A stretch of 10,381 nt of DNA from Synechococcus sp. (GCA_051439425.1 JBFRWD010000035.1:1-10381), one strand, 5' to 3'; shown: positions 1-7,912, counted from the first letter of the stretch. Notes: a model not told the origin generated them from the sequence alone. Numbers and translations are program-made.

Positions 1-1132
1 AAATAGAACCGGTGCTTGTACTCGAAGGTCGGTTCAGCAGATCGCCCACTTCCCCCAACGCTCCGATCGCGAACAGCCCCGCTTCTTGAGCAGCAATATC
101 CGGACCGGGCTCGAGACGGCGATCGCCCCGAGCCAGCAACGCCTCTCCTCCTTCTCCGCGAACGGATATGGCTCCGGCTGCTAGAGGAATTTCCTGGCGA
201 ACGCCATTCAGATGAGTGACGACCGCCACGCCACTCATGCGCACGTAGCCGTTGGGGAGCACTCCATCCACCTGCACCACCAGTTTGCTGTGGGTAGGTA
301 CGGCAGGCAGGTTCTCGCTATCTCTCAGGGGTGAGGTCAGCTGCACCACAAAGCGTTCGGCATCTGTCTCTATTTCGGGCGACCAAATCACCGGGGAGGC
401 GATCGCCCCAGTGGCGGTTGAACCGGCCGGAATGGTTCGAGCAACGGTTCCCCGTAGGAACTCTCGTTCCAAGCTCAAGTCGATTTGCGGGGACGCAGCC
501 GGATCGCTGGCGGTCAAATCCGTGGATGCTTGCCGATTGCGGATCGAGTCGAGGGAATTGGCGATCGCGGCAGATGTAGAAGCGATTTGGTGAGGCGGCT
601 CAGAAATTTGGCCGTAGCTACCGATTGCGTTGATCTCTGCCCAAAGCTGCAGCGGGTCTGGCTCGGGTTCGGCAGGTGGCGGCGGTGGAGCCACTACGGG
701 AACCGGTTCCGGTTCTGGCTCTGGAGTCGATTCTGGCTCGGGCTCCTGCTGCAGCTCGAACTGGTTCAAATCGTTGGCCTGCTCCCCCAACGCCATGCGC
801 GTCTTGAGATCGGCAGGGATCTCTGCCGGTACCGAGGGAGCCTGCAGTTGCACGATCTCTTCCTCGCTCTCCTCTGTTTCCCGTGCAATTTGCGCTGGAG
901 CAAACCCACCCGTCACCAGCTTGTAGGCGAAGAAGGCAAAGCCCCCCACCGCCAGCACGATCGCCGCCAAAGCCACCGCCTTGGCAACCGGATTGTCGGC
1001 GAGAGTCTTTCGTTCCGGTCGGTACAGGCTTTCCAGTTCCTGCAGCAGATCGTCCGTTTCATCCAGAACGCGCTGTTTGGGAGTGCGATCGTCGTACCCC
1101 AGCAATTGATTGAAATCGGTCGGTTCGCTCAC
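1..1132 (-). CDS. virB10: TrbI/VirB10-like conjugation scaffold protein, 3'-truncated by the window edge (377 codons visible, no stop)
   Basis: Manual translation from GTG at 1132 (GTGA overlap with the upstream stop at 1129-1131, SD-like GGAGAGGAG just upstream) stays open to base 2. It reads MSEPTDFNQLLGYDD..., then one TM segment (VAKAVALAAIVLAVGGFAFFAY), a Pro/Glu linker (EPEPESTPEPEPEPVPVVAPPPPPAEPEPDP), DPLQLWAEINAIGSYG, and a beta-rich region (RTIPAGSTATGAIASPVIWS...RFVVQLTSPL...ISVRGEGGEALLA). Cytoplasmic N-terminus + TM + Pro-rich linker + beta domain is the VirB10 architecture, and it follows VirB6/VirB8-like genes. Confidence 0.75.
   Translation of the reverse strand, partial: MSEPTDFNQLLGYDDRTPKQRVLDETDDLLQELESLYRPERKTLADNPVAKAVALAAIVLAVGGFAFFAYKLVTGGFAPAQIARETEESEEEIVQLQAPSVPAEIPADLKTRMALGEQANDLNQFELQQEPEPESTPEPEPEPVPVVAPPPPPAEPEPDPLQLWAEINAIGSYGQISEPPHQIASTSAAIANSLDSIRNRQASTDLTASDPAASPQIDLSLEREFLRGTVARTIPAGSTATGAIASPVIWSPEIETDAERFVVQLTSPLRDSENLPAVPTHSKLVVQVDGVLPNGYVRMSGVAVVTHLNGVRQEIPLAAGAISVRGEGGEALLARGDRRLEPGPDIAAQEAGLFAIGALGEVGDLLNRPSSTSTGSI
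653..745 (-). repeat. Low-complexity Pro/Glu coding repeat (EP)n / poly-Pro linker inside the VirB10-like gene
   Basis: Minus-strand translation EPEPESTPEPEPEPVPVVAPPPPPAEPEPDP. It shows up as the GSGSGS runs in the antisense ORF 630..926. Confidence 0.85.
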
Positions 1133-1929
1133 GGCTCCTCTCCTGATTCGACAATGGGTTCCAAGCGCAGGCCGTCAATGGCGTAGATCTCCATGCCTCC
1201 GCTGCGGTATTCCTGCATGGCCAAGGCAGTGGCGGAGGGATTGCCCGCGACGCGATAGGGCTCCACCGCTCGGACAAAGATTGATTTGTTAAACGGCAGT
1301 CGGTCGGTCTCCATCCCCCGCTGGGTGATGACGCGGGTGGCCACCATATCCACCTGCCACTGCCCCTCTCCCACCGGCTTGGGTTCGGAGAGGCTGCGAA
1401 TCTCCAGGTGCATCTCAACCTGCTCGTTCGGATCGAAGACTTCTGGCGGAGTGATATCGGCGATGGCCTCCAGCATGGAGGTGCGCGGAAAATCCACAGA
1501 CAGTGCGTGGCTGGCCGCCCAAGCGGAGGTGGCAATCATCCGATCGCCCAGCTGGAACTGGCGATCTTCCACCCATCTCCCCTCCCCATCCGGAACGGTG
1601 CCGGTCGCCGAGAACAGTGCGTTGGCAACGGTGTAGACGTAGCTGCTAATGGCCGCTGGCAAACGCTCGTTGCGAGCGATCTCCTCCACCTGCATCGACG
1701 TTCCGTCCTGCAGTTGCACCAATGCGGGCACCGGACGCTTGGCAATTTGGTAGACGAACAGCCACTGCAGAAGCTCCATTAGCAGCAGGGCTGACAGCAC
1801 GAAGAATGTGACCGAGCCGCTCGACAAGTGGGAACTCGATCTACCCTGCGATACCTCGGGAGATGACGAATCCACCAGCACTCTGCCGAGGTGCGAGTTT
1901 TGGGAGGCGGATTTTGCAGAAGCAGACAT
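1129..1929 (-). CDS. Bitopic membrane protein of the conjugation cluster, VirB8-like (266 aa)
   Basis: Preferred start is ATG at 1929 (AAGGA about 9-11 nt upstream, 4 nt after the stop of the previous gene) rather than 2013. Ser-rich N-terminus, single TM (VTFFVLSALLLMELLQWLFVYQIA), KRPVPALVQLQDG, and a periplasmic alpha/beta domain ending GEGQWQVDMVATRV...YRSGGMEIYAID. Located between VirB6-like and VirB10-like genes. Confidence 0.65.
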   Translation of the reverse strand: MSASAKSASQNSHLGRVLVDSSSPEVSQGRSSSHLSSGSVTFFVLSALLLMELLQWLFVYQIAKRPVPALVQLQDGTSMQVEEIARNERLPAAISSYVYTVANALFSATGTVPDGEGRWVEDRQFQLGDRMIATSAWAASHALSVDFPRTSMLEAIADITPPEVFDPNEQVEMHLEIRSLSEPKPVGEGQWQVDMVATRVITQRGMETDRLPFNKSIFVRAVEPYRVAGNPSATALAMQEYRSGGMEIYAIDGLRLEPIVESGEEP

Positions 1930-1933
1930 GGGA

Positions 1934-3040
1934 CTAAATCCTTGCGACGCGAGAACCGAGGAACGTTGCCGTCGCCACCAAACCGGCATAGATGCCCAAG
2001 CCCCCACCGCCAATCAGCGTCAGGGCCAGGATGGGGGCGGCAATGGAAATAAACAGCGCTCCGATTAAAGGGTTGGAGCCAGGGGTAGTGATGATGATGT
2101 ATCCGGCCAGACCGGTAACGATGTTGAAGCCCACTTTGCCGAGAGCGATGCTGCCGATCGCCGTCACCCACAGGTAAAAGTAGCGAGAGACGGTGGGAAT
2201 CATGGACAGCCCCAAGAAAATCGGACCGATAATGGCGGTCAGCAACAGCGCCATTTCCATCAACCACTCAAAGGCTCCTGCCCAGGCGTAAAGAATGCCG
2301 ACAATCGCCAGCGTGGATGCGGGACGAACAATCGCCCCCAAATCGCGGAACAGCGCGTGCCAAAATGCCGCGCTGGTATAGCGCCGATCCATCGCATCTT
2401 GAATATTGCGGGCCAGCTGGTTGTATAGGGTCTGAGCCCAGTTGAGCGTCCCTCGAAAGCCGTAGTAAGGGGACAGCAGGTCATCCATCTGGATGCGCGT
2501 GTCCTCCAGGCAGATATTCCGTTGAGAACCATCGGTGATGGCGGCACAGGCGCGCAAGGCATCCGAGACAATCAGCTGCGCCTGCGATTTCAGCTGAGCC
2601 TGCACCACCACGTCGTCGCCATTGGGAAACGCCAGGTCTACGGAGAGGGCGTCGAGAATGACCGTGCTGGCATTGTTAATCGTCGATCGGAGTTGCAGGG
2701 TATATCCGGCCAGGTTGGGCACTCCGGTCGGAGAGGCCAGCAAGAGGGTGAGAATGACTGCCCATATCAAGTCGGGGACGTAGCGCTGGCTGTAGCCGAA
2801 ATGACCTTCGCTGGTTTCCAGCACCACCACCTTGATCGCGTTCCAGCCCACGAACAGCAGGGCCAGGGCGATCGCCATATCCGCCAGAGCATCGTAGAGG
2901 CTGCCCGACAGGATGGTTTCCCACAGGGTATTGAAGGACTCCCGCACGGCCCCGACAGTGCTGCGAGTATTGCTGACCAGCTGTTCGGCCCGTTGGGACT
3001 GGGCAAACAGAATGGGTTGCTGCCAGAGGAGGTCAATCAT
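1934..3040 (-). CDS. Polytopic inner-membrane conjugation protein, VirB6/TrbL-like (368 aa)
   Basis: Preferred start is ATG at 3040 (GGGAG 7 nt upstream, ATGATTGA overlap with the upstream stop). Two N-terminal TM segments, a soluble loop with a Cys pair (CAAITDGSQRNIC), then several C-terminal hydrophobic segments (EMALLLTAIIGPIFLGLSMIP; IAAPILALTLIGGGGLGIY). Lies downstream of the VirB4 gene. Confidence 0.7.
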   Translation of the reverse strand: MIDLLWQQPILFAQSQRAEQLVSNTRSTVGAVRESFNTLWETILSGSLYDALADMAIALALLFVGWNAIKVVVLETSEGHFGYSQRYVPDLIWAVILTLLLASPTGVPNLAGYTLQLRSTINNASTVILDALSVDLAFPNGDDVVVQAQLKSQAQLIVSDALRACAAITDGSQRNICLEDTRIQMDDLLSPYYGFRGTLNWAQTLYNQLARNIQDAMDRRYTSAAFWHALFRDLGAIVRPASTLAIVGILYAWAGAFEWLMEMALLLTAIIGPIFLGLSMIPTVSRYFYLWVTAIGSIALGKVGFNIVTGLAGYIIITTPGSNPLIGALFISIAAPILALTLIGGGGLGIYAGLVATATFLGSRVARI

Positions 3041-3974
3041 CGCCCGTCTCCCTGGCAAAGCCTATATTGGCACTCAGCTCCACCAACCCCACCGCATCGG
3101 CACGCATCTCCACGTGGGGCAGCATGCGCTCGTAGGAGTTGGCCCGCTCGTTCGACAGCAGCAAGTTCCCCTGAATGGCCCGGTCGAATCGGGATTCCAG
3201 CGCCAACCGTTCCAAGTTGGTTTGGGTCTTGAACAGGGTGGCGGTGGTGTAGAACTGTCCCTCGTTCAGCAGGTGCAGCTGGTTGGTCATCAGCTGCAAA
3301 ATCTCTGTCTCCACCTGGGATTGGCGGCCCAAGACAGGCAGGGCCGAGGCCATGTCCTTGAGGACATCTTGCGTGGCCGTTTGCTGGCGGGCGCTGCTAG
3401 CCCAATCCTCCAGCTCCTGCACGGGGCCAGTAGTGTCGTAGCTCAAGGCTCTGTCAGAGAGTTCAAAGGTACCGTCGGTGGTTGTCAGCGCTTTTTGCAG
3501 GGAGTCCCACAGGTACTCCAAGTGCTCCTGCTGTTCGACAAACAGCTGTTCCTGCGCTTCCAGCGACAGCGGTTGGTCGATTGTCTCCTCCAGCACCGCG
3601 TGCAGGATGCTTTCCCCGCCCACCGCAGCTATCAGGGCGGGATTGCTGCTCAAGTCTTCCGGGGCAATTTCGTTCCTCACTTCCTCCTGCAGAATGTCGC
3701 GAGTCAGCGAGACATCGGGGAGGCCGTATATCCCAACCGCCTCTTCAACTGCGGCTGGTGGGGCATCGTCTCCTCCGAAAAAGTCATTGTAGACATCTCG
3801 CGAGGCGTCCCTCACATCTCGCACCACATCGCCCCCAACCCCCTGGATCACCTCCAAGACGGCAGACAGAACGGTACGAGCATCGTCGTTGGACTGGGCA
3901 CTAGCTAGTTGAGGAGTCAACAGGCAAGCGGAGATCGCCAGCGGCAGTAGGAGGGGTTTCCAAGTGAAATTCAC
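3033..3974 (-). CDS. Secreted, acidic, alpha-helical conjugation-cluster protein (313 aa), positional VirB5/TrbJ-like candidate
   Basis: GTG start with AAGGAG about 9 nt upstream. Clear Sec signal peptide MNFTWKPLLLPLAISACLLTPQLASA|Q. Gln/Glu/Leu-rich helical body with ATQDVLK. Sits between the VirB4 and VirB6-like genes. Confidence 0.7.
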   Translation of the reverse strand: MNFTWKPLLLPLAISACLLTPQLASAQSNDDARTVLSAVLEVIQGVGGDVVRDVRDASRDVYNDFFGGDDAPPAAVEEAVGIYGLPDVSLTRDILQEEVRNEIAPEDLSSNPALIAAVGGESILHAVLEETIDQPLSLEAQEQLFVEQQEHLEYLWDSLQKALTTTDGTFELSDRALSYDTTGPVQELEDWASSARQQTATQDVLKDMASALPVLGRQSQVETEILQLMTNQLHLLNEGQFYTTATLFKTQTNLERLALESRFDRAIQGNLLLSNERANSYERMLPHVEMRADAVGLVELSANIGFARETGDD

Positions 3975-6900
3975 GGTCCAGGTCTCCTTGGGTGGTGCCC
4001 TGAATGGAGGCGGTCAGGTAGCGGGCGAATTCCGCCAAGGCTCGATAGGAATTGTTGGGATAGCGGGTCAGAAACTCCGCTCGCAGTTGCGATTCCTTGG
4101 GGTTGTTGGCCAACAGGGCCAGCAGGGCGTGGGCGATGTAGAAGCGGCACTGCAACAGTTGGCCGTCGTAGTCCAGCAACCAGCGACGATAGAGCTGCCC
4201 TTGGGAGTTGAAGCTGGGGTTGGCGTTGGGGGAGATGGCTTCGGCTGGGTAGCGCAGGATCTCTCGGTAGCTGTCGATCGCCTGGGCAGTAATCTTGCCA
4301 GTGAGCCGTACGGACAGGTTTTGGAAGATTTGGGAGCTGACGTTGGTGCTGGCAATGGTGTCGGGATCTTGAGCGGCCAGGATGACGCGAATTCCGGCTT
4401 TACGTCCGTTGGCGGTTAGGCGAGCGACGGATTTGGGGATGGCGGGAAACTGAAACAGGATGGGTGATTCGTCGATAAACCAGATGGAGTTGGGGTGGGA
4501 GAGGGAGGCTCGCAACGCAGAGGAATAGGCACTCAAGGCCAGAACGGCAGCATCCACCGAGTCGTCCACATTGGTCAGGGCGTAGACCGTCAGGCCAGTA
4601 TCCGTGCGCAGGGTGCTGGGGCGAGAGATGGCCCTGCCGAGGGTGGAGCTGAGGCAGGAGCGCAACTTCAGGTCGATCAGGGATAGAGCTGATCGCGTGC
4701 CGCCATCAATTTCTATCAGCTGCAATCGTTTGATGGAGAAAAACGGCAGCAAGTCCAGCAGGGTGGGCATGGCCTCCCAGTCCGAACTGCCCAAGCCGTT
4801 GAGGTGAGCTTGGCGAGCCCGATCGCGAATCTCCCCATCCTCGAAATAGGCTGTAAGTCCTAGTTGGAGGATGGCCCGGCAGCGATCGGCCAGCAGCGCG
4901 TCGGTAGAGCGATCGCACACCAGCGTCATCAGAATGCTGACGATCAAATCGCGGTAGAGGGTGACTTTTTCCTCAATCGCTGCCGGGGCTAATTCGGAAA
5001 ACAAATTCAGATCGAGGGGCTCGCAGAAGTTGATGGCTTCTCGTGCGATGTCGAAGTAAGCACCGCCGAGGAAACGGGCAAAGTCGCCGAATGTAGACTC
5101 ACCATCGCTGCGGGGATAGTCCATCACGAAGATGGGAAAGCAATGGGCTCTGGCCAGGGTGAGAATGCTGCCCACCAGCAGCGATTTGCCGGTACCGGTG
5201 AATCCCAGCACGAGCAGATGTTTGTGCTGCTCGAACAGGTCGACGTACACGGGGGTGCCGCCGTCTTCGGCAATCAATTCCAACCCCTGACGGTCGGGAG
5301 TGCTGGGTAACGACAAAGGCAACAGGCCTGGTGCCTCTTCGCTGGTGTAGACCAGTCGGCGGTTGAAGGGCTTGAACAGCAGCTTGCTCCAGACGCAGGG
5401 CAATGTTTGCCGCCACACTTCCGGGAAATAGACTTCTTCGCGGACGGCTTCGGCGGGTTTGGGAAATAGCTGGGTCAGCTTGCGGCAGGCGCGATCGAGT
5501 TGGGGCAGCGTAGGTCGTTCGACGATGTAAACCACTGCCACGTGCAGGGGAACCTCTCCCTCGATCAGGCGGCGTTGAGCCTCTTCTGCCTGCTCTGTCT
5601 TCACATCCGCCCTGACATCCTTTCGGTCTTTCTTGCGGGCGTAAGTTGCCAACTGGTTGGAGTGGCGCAGCTGCTCTTGGGTGGAGGTGACGATCATTTG
5701 GGGGTTGGCGGGGGTGAGCTGGCAAAACAGTTCGATGTCCTGCAGGTCGTCCCGCAAAATTAACTGCGACCCGGCCTTGAGTTGGGTCAATCGCTTCCAA
5801 CCGGCGGGCTTGGCGGTCTGAATCACTCCACCCTTGTAAACATCTCTACCGTCTCGGGTCAGCTTGACGTAGGCACGGTCGGCAAAGGGAATCCCTCGTG
5901 CCAGCAGAGCGGTTAGGGGGTGAGTGGGGTCGAGAGGATCGGCGTCCACCAGGCGCAGGCGATCGCCACCGGTTACTTCTTCCAACACCAAAAGTTGCGG
6001 CAGTGGAGGCGGATCGCTCAGGCAAAACCGCTGGCACAGATGCTGCCACAACAAGTCTTCGTCTGAGGCAACAACGTTGAGGCCCAGCTTGCTTTTCAGC
6101 AGGTTCTCCCACATCTGCAGCCCTTCTTCGAAGGCTTCCGTCAGGGCCGCCGACAGGTGAATGGCCTGCGCCCGATCCATCTGGGTGGAACGTTGTTTCC
6201 ACCAACTGTCCAGACCCCACAGCAGGTTGTCGGTCCAGTTGTCCGACCGGCGAGCCCCGTCGGGTTGAACGGTGTAGGTGGCGTACAGCCGCAGGAACTT
6301 GGGCTTGCGCTGTCCGGAATTAGCAATCTGCTGAACGGTAGCTTTTTCGGATGTGAGCAGGAACGCAACTTGCGGTTCGGTGTTGGAAATGAGGCGATCC
6401 AGCTCTTGGATGCGATCGCGATATTCCGAAAACGATCCCAAGTGGAAAGACAGGCTTTCTCCGGCAGGAATATCCTTCAGACCAGTGGCGAGTTTTTCCA
6501 GGTAGAGCTCGATTTCGCTGTCTCTCAGCAAGCTGGGTACTCCCAGACAGTCAAACTCGAAAACGATCTGGTATCCGGCCTTGCCTTTATTGAGCACGTA
6601 GGCTCCCACCCGGCGGCCCTGCAACCGCAAGCTGGCGATGTAGAGCAAATCGACCGCATTCTGGAAGGCTTTGAGTTGAGTAGTGTGCTTGCTGGAGGGA
6701 CTCTTGCGAGTCTTTCCGGTCTCAAGCTTGGGCTTGAATGGCTGCTGCAGGGAGGCGTGCAGATTTCCGGCATGAGTCCAATTGGGCAAACGGTAGAACG
6801 CGTAGCCCCAGAACTTCCAAGGTTGCTTGCCCGATATCAACCAGTGCCAGGCAGCTCCCGCGAGGGTGAAGAATACGAACAGTTCCCAGGAACTGAGCAG

Positions 6901-7038
6901 CATGCGAAAGAGAAATAAATTCGTGGTGCCAATAATTCCCCACGGCAGCAGCAGGTCTCCAGAAATGGGGCCGAGACTGGGGCGGTAGCCGAGTAACGGG
7001 TTGACTTTGATATATTTTGAGGTTTCGGAAGCAGCCAT
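3901..7038 (-). CDS. virB4: VirB4-family conjugative ATPase with N-terminal VirB3-like membrane domain (1045 aa)
   Basis: Walker A GFTGTGKS (nt 5182-5205) preceded by HLLVL, Walker B IWFIDE (nt 4468-4485), followed by ANGRKAGIRVILAAQ, matching the VirB4/HerA-like RK..hhh.Q motif. Size and C-terminal ATPase position fit VirB4. The first ~90 aa contain two hydrophobic segments. Confidence 0.88.
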   Translation of the reverse strand: MAASETSKYIKVNPLLGYRPSLGPISGDLLLPWGIIGTTNLFLFRMLLSSWELFVFFTLAGAAWHWLISGKQPWKFWGYAFYRLPNWTHAGNLHASLQQPFKPKLETGKTRKSPSSKHTTQLKAFQNAVDLLYIASLRLQGRRVGAYVLNKGKAGYQIVFEFDCLGVPSLLRDSEIELYLEKLATGLKDIPAGESLSFHLGSFSEYRDRIQELDRLISNTEPQVAFLLTSEKATVQQIANSGQRKPKFLRLYATYTVQPDGARRSDNWTDNLLWGLDSWWKQRSTQMDRAQAIHLSAALTEAFEEGLQMWENLLKSKLGLNVVASDEDLLWQHLCQRFCLSDPPPLPQLLVLEEVTGGDRLRLVDADPLDPTHPLTALLARGIPFADRAYVKLTRDGRDVYKGGVIQTAKPAGWKRLTQLKAGSQLILRDDLQDIELFCQLTPANPQMIVTSTQEQLRHSNQLATYARKKDRKDVRADVKTEQAEEAQRRLIEGEVPLHVAVVYIVERPTLPQLDRACRKLTQLFPKPAEAVREEVYFPEVWRQTLPCVWSKLLFKPFNRRLVYTSEEAPGLLPLSLPSTPDRQGLELIAEDGGTPVYVDLFEQHKHLLVLGFTGTGKSLLVGSILTLARAHCFPIFVMDYPRSDGESTFGDFARFLGGAYFDIAREAINFCEPLDLNLFSELAPAAIEEKVTLYRDLIVSILMTLVCDRSTDALLADRCRAILQLGLTAYFEDGEIRDRARQAHLNGLGSSDWEAMPTLLDLLPFFSIKRLQLIEIDGGTRSALSLIDLKLRSCLSSTLGRAISRPSTLRTDTGLTVYALTNVDDSVDAAVLALSAYSSALRASLSHPNSIWFIDESPILFQFPAIPKSVARLTANGRKAGIRVILAAQDPDTIASTNVSSQIFQNLSVRLTGKITAQAIDSYREILRYPAEAISPNANPSFNSQGQLYRRWLLDYDGQLLQCRFYIAHALLALLANNPKESQLRAEFLTRYPNNSYRALAEFARYLTASIQGTTQGDLDREFHLETPPTAAGDLRLPVDSSTS

Positions 7039-7107
7039 CCTCTTCTTCCAAATTCGTCTAGAGAAAGATAGATATTCCTTCGATTTATCCGAAAAATTCT
7101 GAGAGGC

Positions 7108-7632
7108 TTAGGTGACAATAAACTCGGTCAAAAAATCTGCAATTGCAATTGCCCCAACAATAAAGACTGGGTATCGAACAAACGTTTGCCAATCTTCATC
7201 GCGATTGACCGCAAGGGCTATTCTGACGACGAAGTAACCCAAGACAATGACGATAATTGCCCGCAGGATGCCGAAAAATATATTGACCAATGCTTCCGAA
7301 CCGACAAAGAATTCCAAACTGTTGACGTAGTCCTGAGCGGCGGACAGAAAGAGAGCGTAAGCGGGCTCCGAAAGATGCAAGCCCCAATAGAGAGCAATGG
7401 TGATGCCGAACCACCCGGCAAAGCGACCGGGGCCACCAAACATTTTCGACGGACGGGGAAAGCAGCGCTCGATGAGAGGATTGAGGGCTTTTCCCAATCC
7501 GCTTTGGTAGGCTTTGCCAAACGCTTTAATTTCCGTCAGTATCCAGATCGCTAAAGGTGAAAATTGTCGCTGTTTGGATACGCGATCGCGAGGTCTTGTG
7601 CTGGCAACAGCCAGCCGAGAATTATTCCGCAT
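7108..7632 (-). CDS. Pilin-like (VirB2/TrbC-like) membrane protein, first gene of the conjugation operon (174 aa)
   Basis: ATG at 7632 with GAGGA 7 nt upstream. Signal-peptidase-like site EPAYA|LF after residue 93, then two hydrophobic helices (LVNIFFGILRAIIVIVLGYFVVRIALAV; YPVFIVGAIAIADFL) separated by a short charged loop NRDEDWQ. Directly upstream of the VirB3/VirB4 gene. Confidence 0.65.
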   Translation of the reverse strand: MRNNSRLAVASTRPRDRVSKQRQFSPLAIWILTEIKAFGKAYQSGLGKALNPLIERCFPRPSKMFGGPGRFAGWFGITIALYWGLHLSEPAYALFLSAAQDYVNSLEFFVGSEALVNIFFGILRAIIVIVLGYFVVRIALAVNRDEDWQTFVRYPVFIVGAIAIADFLTEFIVT

Positions 7633-7912
7633 GACTCAATCCTCTTGCGCAATAAATGTGCGTATATCTGTGCAATATCGGTCGCGATCGCGAATCACAA
7701 GACCGTTTTAGCGCGTTTTATAAATTCCAGAGATTAACAGAATATTATCTGTTAATTTTCGCTTCATATTTATCTGTAATTAATGGCTTAAAAATAAAAT
7801 CAAATGCCTACATTTTCTTTGATTGGGCATTTGTCCGGAAGGATTCGCTCTCCTTGAAGATCGATCGCTGGACGAGTCAAACGACCTTCGAGGGGAGCAA
7901 GGAGGTGAGCGA
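7633..7912. promoter_or_regulatory. AT-rich divergent promoter/control region between the conjugation operon and the plus-strand operon
   Basis: Non-coding gap between divergent genes, markedly AT-rich at about 7715-7825 compared with the flanks. Contains an inverted repeat at 7733-7756, three TATCTGT copies and -10-like hexamers (TATTAT 7743-7748, TAAAAT 7795-7800). No convincing -35 element identified. Confidence 0.6.
7733..7756. repeat. Perfect 9-bp inverted repeat ATTAACAGA-N6-TCTGTTAAT, candidate operator
   Basis: Arms at 7733-7741 and 7748-7756 are exact reverse complements, spacer ATATTA. Confidence 0.7.

Noticed and set aside
1930..2013. Longer start (2013) for the VirB8-like gene
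   Set aside because: It overlaps the upstream gene by 80 nt. ATG 1929 has an SD-like AAGGA and sits 4 nt after the upstream stop.
16..6918. Numerous plus-strand ORFs (e.g. 485..1186, 2522..3232, 2913..3908, 6157..6918) and alternative-frame minus ORFs (e.g. 5099..5800)
   Set aside because: They lie antisense to or inside the coupled minus-strand operon, have Arg/Gly/Pro-rich non-protein-like composition, and are expected shadows in GC-rich coding DNA.
3901..7038. Reading the ATPase as a HerA-type defence ATPase or a VirD4 coupling protein
   Set aside because: Size, C-terminal ATPase position and the flanking pilin-, VirB6-, VirB8- and VirB10-like genes fit VirB4. No nuclease partner gene is adjacent.
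7633..7912. Origin of transfer (oriT)
   Set aside because: An inverted repeat is present, but no recognisable nic sequence and no relaxase gene in the window, so it was kept only as a regulatory candidate.
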